The notes below the pieces were generated by a model that was given only the letters and a program-made list of their open reading frames with translations, made no database searches and was not told the origin of the DNA. 64,000 nucleotides of DNA from Paramoeba atlantica. Its lineage: Eukaryota; Protista; Discosea. Below are positions 59,121-64,000 of the stretch, in pieces (position 1 is the first letter of the stretch; the number at the start of each line of letters is the position of its first letter). Where the stretch lies: positions 21,933 through 85,932 of the forward strand of contig CDRNVI010000072.1 in the NCBI GenBank assembly GCA_977017575.1. Reading direction: 5' to 3'. A program made the translations under genes and the position numbers.

Positions 59121-60518
59121 TTTTTCCGATTCTCTTCGTTCACAAGCGTGTGGACGCTTTTGGGCGCGCGGGAGAGACGCAACGTGAATCGCAGAAGCAA
59201 TGGTACATTTTAGGGTATTTTCTTTGCTGAAATGAAGTCTTTTTGTCCTGTGTAGCAGATGACGTTTTGGCGGCAGAAACGGTGAATGAGTAGATGGCCG
59301 TGCGCGTGTCGAATGAAAAAGCCCGAAAAGTGTACCGCTTTTTAGCGCATCCTATCTCAAAATTCAAAATGACCTCAGATTTACCTCTTTCCGCCTGCAC
59401 GGTGAAGGGGGGTTTTCAAATATCTCTGGACGCGACGTTTGCATGACTTCCGTGCATGGCGTGCGTCGATTGCGAAACGCCGAACCAGCAAGCTACATCT
59501 CCTGAGTGGTCGTGCTTCGAGCGATATTTTCTGTAGAGATAGAGTTTTTCCGTTAGTCAGTATGATTGCGAATCAAAACGTGGGTTTCGCCAGTCCACTT
59601 TTTGTCCGTTCTTCCCTGAACCAAATCTTAAAAAATTTTAACCCTTTCTACTTGATGAGTGTTCTGAGCGCTCGTGGTTTGCTCTGATATTTGCTTTGGG
59701 CACTATTTTCACATGATTTCACTGATACTATAAGCCTTCCCCTCTTCTAACGCAAGAATTTGTTGTCATCGGACATTATTTTAGTCAAACCAATGCTTGA
59801 TTGCACAAGCTTCCTGCATCTCAAGGGGGGGCGGTTGTATTTCTCTATACTTCTTTTACATTTCACCTGCTCTTCCAAGCAACAGAATCGCAGGGCGCGC
59901 GCGTACTGTAATAGTGTGGTGGAAAAACGTCGGTTTCACACGAAACTCGCATCCACCGTGCGACCCCATTCCGTGGAGAATGATCTTTGTCTTCTTCGAT
60001 CCCACTGATTCCGTTAGATGCACAGGGCGTGATTTCACGTGCATCGAACAATTCCGCTAGATGTTTTACTTGGGGCAAGGCAGGGCAGCACATGAACAAT
60101 GAAAACAGGACGCACAATGGCGCGGAACACCTTCCACGTGACACCTTCCGAAACACGTTCTGCACAATCCAGGTATAAAACAACGAATTTCTTCGCCCGG
60201 CCGTTGCAAAGACCCACCCCTTCCCGATAGATTTCGTAGCTCTGTTCAAAACGTGAACGCATCGTGCTCAACCTCTCTTCCCGACTATGTCATCGCCAAA
60301 ATTGTATGTGTCACTTCTTGGTCGTTCGCACGGGCACACTCAAACCACCATTGCATTCATCAATGCGACCTACGGTGGTGAATGTCGCCTTGCTTGGGGG
60401 GGGGGGGCTGTAAGGATCGTTCAGCGAGGGAAATCGTGGAGTTTCCATTATCACATGAAAAAGCAAGGTAAAGTGCACCGCTATGAACGCACAAAACTCG
60501 AGACACACCACGACGGAA

Positions 60519-60599
60519 GCGTCCATACCCAAGTGGTTAAGGGGCCTGACTTGAAATCAGGTGTGTTCTCACGCGCAGGTTCGAACCCTGCTGGGCGCG
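60519..60599 (+). tRNA. trnS-UGA: tRNA-Ser(UGA) copy 15
   Basis: Same sequence as copy 1. Confidence 0.95.
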
Positions 60600-61997
60600 T
60601 TTTTCCGATTCTCTTCGTTCACAAGCGTGTGGCCGCTTTTGGGCGCGCGGGAGAGACGCAACGTGAATCGCAGAAGCAATGGTACATTTTAGGGTATTTT
60701 CTTTGCTGAAATGAAGTCTTTTTGTCCTGTGTAGCAGATGACGTTTTGGCGGCAGAAACGGTGAATGAGTAGATGGCCGTGCGCGTGTCGAATGAAAAAG
60801 CCCGAAAAGTGTACCGCTTTTTAGCGCATCCTATCTCAAAATTCAAAATGACCTCAGATTTACCTCTTTCCGCCTGCACGGTGAAGGGGGGTTTTCAAAT
60901 ATCTCTGGACGCGACGTTTGCATGACTTCCGTGCATGGCGTGCGTCGATTGCGAAACGCCGAACCAGCAAGCTACATCTCCTGAGTTGTCGTGCTTCGAG
61001 CGATATTTTCTGTAGAGATAGAGTTTTTCCGTTAGTCAGTATGATTGCGAATCAAAACGTGGGTTTCGCCAGTCCACTTTTTGTCCGTTCTTCCCTGAAC
61101 CAAATCTTAAAAAATTTTAACCCTTTCTACTTGATGAGTGTTCTGAGCGCTCGTGGTTTGCTCTGATATTTGCTTTGGGCACTATTTTCACATGATTTCA
61201 CTGATACTATAAGCCTTCCCCTCTTCTAACGCAAGAATTTGTTGTCATCGGACATTATTTTAGTCAAACCAATGCTTGATTGCACAAGCTTCCTGCATCT
61301 CAAGGGGGGGCGGTTGTATTTCTCTATACTTCTTTTACATTTCACCTGCTCTTCCAAGCAACAGAATCGCAGGGCGCGCGCGTACTGTAATAGTGTGGTG
61401 GAAAAACGTCGGTTTCACACGAAACTCGCATCCACCGTGCGACCCCATTCCGTGGAGAATGATCTTTGTCTTCTTCGATCCCACTGATTCCGTTAGATGC
61501 ACAGGGCGTGATTTCACGTGCATCGAACAATTCCGCTAGATGTTTTACTTGGGGCAAGGCAGGGCAGCACATGAACAATGAAAACAGGACGCACAATGGC
61601 GCGGAACACCTTCCACGTGACACCTTCCGAAACACGTTCTGCACAATCCAGGTATAAAACAACGAATTTCTTCGCCCGGCCGTTGCAAAGACCCACCCCT
61701 TCCCGATAGATTTCGTAGCTCTGTTCAAAACGTGAACGCATCGTGCTCAACCTCTCTTCCCGACTATGTCATCGCCAAAATTGTATGTGTCACTTCTTGG
61801 TCGTTCGCACGGGCACACTCAAACCACCATTGCATTCATCAATGCGACCTACGGTGGTGAATGTCGCCTTGCTTGGGGGGGGGGGGCTGTAAGGATCGTT
61901 CAGCGAGGGAAATCGTGGAGTTTCCATTATCACATGAAAAAGCAAGGTAAAGTGCACCGCTATGAACGCACAAAACTCGAGACACACCACGACGGAA

Positions 61998-62078
61998 GCG
62001 TCCATACCCAAGTGGTTAAGGGGCCTGACTTGAAATCAGGTGTGTTCTCACGCGCAGGTTCGAACCCTGCTGGGCGCG
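61998..62078 (+). tRNA. trnS-UGA: tRNA-Ser(UGA) copy 16
   Basis: Same sequence as copy 1. Confidence 0.95.
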
Positions 62079-63474
62079 TTTTTCCGATTCTCTTCGTTCA
62101 CAAGCGTGTGGCCGCTTTTGGGCGCGCGGGAGAGACGCAACGTGAATCGCAGAAGCAATGGTACATTTTAGGGTATTTTCTTTGCTGAAATGAAGTCTTT
62201 TTGTCCTGTGTAGCAGATGACGTTTTGGCGGCAGAAACGGTGAATGAGTAGATGGCCGTGCGCGTGTCGAATGAAAAAGCCCGAAAAGTGTACCGCTTTT
62301 TAGCGCATCCTATCTCAAAATTCAAAATGACCTCAGATTTACCTCTTTCCGCCTGCACGGTGAAGGGGGGTTTTCAAATATCTCTGGACGCGACGTTTGC
62401 ATGACTTCCGTGCATGGCGTGCGTCGATTGCGAAACGCCGAACCAGCAAGCTACATCTCCTGAGTTGTCGTGCTTCGAGCGATATTTTCTGTAGAGATAG
62501 AGTTTTTCCGTTAGTCAGTATGATTGCGAATCAAAACGTGGGTTTCGCCAGTCCACTTTTTGTCCGTTCTTCCCTGAACCAAATCTTAAAAAATTTTAAC
62601 CCTTTCTACTTGATGAGTGTTCTGAGCGCTCGTGGTTTGCTCTGATATTTGCTTTGGGCACTATTTTCACATGATTTCACTGATACTATAAGCCTTCCCC
62701 TCTTCTAACGCAAGAATTTGTTGTCATCGGACATTATTTTAGTCAAACCAATGCTTGATTGCACAAGCTTCCTGCATCTCAAGGGGGGGCGGTTGTATTT
62801 CTCTATACTTCTTTTACATTTCACCTGCTCTTCCAAGCAACAGAATCGCAGGGCGCGCGCGTACTGTAATAGTGTGGTGGAAAAACGTCGGTTTCACACG
62901 AAACTCGCATCCACCGTGCGACCCCATTCCGTGGAGAATGATCTTTGTCTTCTTCGATCCCACTGATTCCGTTAGATGCACAGGGCGTGATTTCACGTGC
63001 ATCGAACAATTCCGCTAGATGTTTTACTTGGGGCAAGGCAGGGCAGCACATGAACAATGAAAACAGGACGCACAATGGCGCGGAACACCTTCCACGTGAC
63101 ACCTTCCGAAACACGTTCTGCACAATCCAGGTATAAAACAACGAATTTCTTCGCCCGGCCGTTGCAAAGACCCACCCCTTCCCGATAGATTTCGTAGCTC
63201 TGTTCAAAACGTGAACGCATCGTGCTCAACCTCTCTTCCCGACTATGTCATCGCCAAAATTGTATGTGTCACTTCTTGGTCGTTCGCACGGGCACACTCA
63301 AACCACCATTGCATTCATCAATGCGACCTACGGTGGTGAATGTCGCCTTGCTTGGGGGGGGGGCTGTAAGGATCGTTCAGCGAGGGAAATCGTGGAGTTT
63401 CCATTATCACATGAAAAAGCAAGGTAAAGTGCACCGCTATGAACGCACAAAACTCGAGACACACCACGACGGAA

Positions 63475-63555
63475 GCGTCCATACCCAAGTGGTTAAGGGG
63501 CCTGACTTGAAATCAGGTGTGTTCTCACGCGCAGGTTCGAACCCTGCTGGGCGCG
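63475..63555 (+). tRNA. trnS-UGA: tRNA-Ser(UGA) copy 17
   Basis: Same sequence as copy 1. Confidence 0.95.
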
Positions 63556-64000
63556 TTTTTCCGATTCTCTTCGTTCACAAGCGTGTGGACGCTTTTGGGC
63601 GCGCGGGAGAGACGCAACGTGAATCGCAGAAGCAATGGTACATTTTAGGGTATTTTCTTTGCTGAAATGAAGTCTTTTTGTCCTGTGTAGCAGATGACGT
63701 TTTGGCGGCAGAAACGGTGAATGAGTAGATGGCCGTGCGCGTGTCGAATGAAAAAGCCCGAAAAGTGTACCGCTTTTTAGCGCATCCTATCTCAAAATTC
63801 AAAATGACCTCAGATTTACCTCTTTCCGCCTGCACGGTGAAGGGGGGTTTTCAAATATCTCTGGACGCGACGTTTGCATGACTTCCGTGCATGGCGTGCG
63901 TCGATTGCGAAACGCCGAACCAGCAAGCTACATCTCCTGAGTTGTCGTGCTTCGAGCGATATTTTCTGTAGAGATAGAGTTTTTTCCGTTAGTCAGTATG

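Larger units (their letters stand above)
38490..64000 (+). repeat. Head-to-tail tandem array of ~1479-bp units, each with one tRNA gene; open at the right edge
   Basis: Spacings between complete tRNA starts are 1474-1486 bp. Length variation comes from a poly-G tract and one 7-bp deletion near 50005. Confidence 0.98.

Noticed and set aside
38602-63835. About 8 short ORFs repeated in every array unit
   Set aside because: They overlap on both strands, show no recognisable domain, and one runs through the tRNA and is frameshifted by poly-G length changes.
32119-64000. CRISPR-like array
   Set aside because: There are no unique spacers; both arrays are pure tandem repeats in a eukaryotic context.

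Overview
Eukaryotic (protist-like) DNA in three blocks. (1) 1-28.3 kb: intronless host genes, all on the + strand. They include eight loci of a divergent small LRR-protein family, ISD11/LYRM4, a SAP-domain protein, a PIP kinase and a Ser-rich hypothetical. The intergenic DNA is packed with transposon remains: two Merlin/IS1595-type DDE pseudogenes (one full element with GG..CC ends and an 8-bp TSD), many TA-flanked MITEs and palindromes, and a 3' fragment of an RLE non-LTR retrotransposon that splits an LRR gene. (2) 28.8-31.6 kb: a pogo/CENP-B-like DD35D transposon with a C-terminal Cys/His finger, nested inside a MITE. (3) 32.1 kb to the end: about 6.4 kb of 18-bp satellite (GGTAAGACCATCGTTTTT) with higher-order blocks, abutting a homogenised tandem array of ~1479-bp units. 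Each unit carries one tRNA-Ser(UGA) gene: 17 complete copies plus one truncated edge copy, and the array runs off the window. This satellite plus tRNA-array locus at the end of a directional gene cluster is the most striking feature and is a candidate centromeric or subtelomeric domain. A kinetoplastid (Perkinsela-like) origin is an inference, not shown. All calls were made by eye from motifs; no database searches were run.
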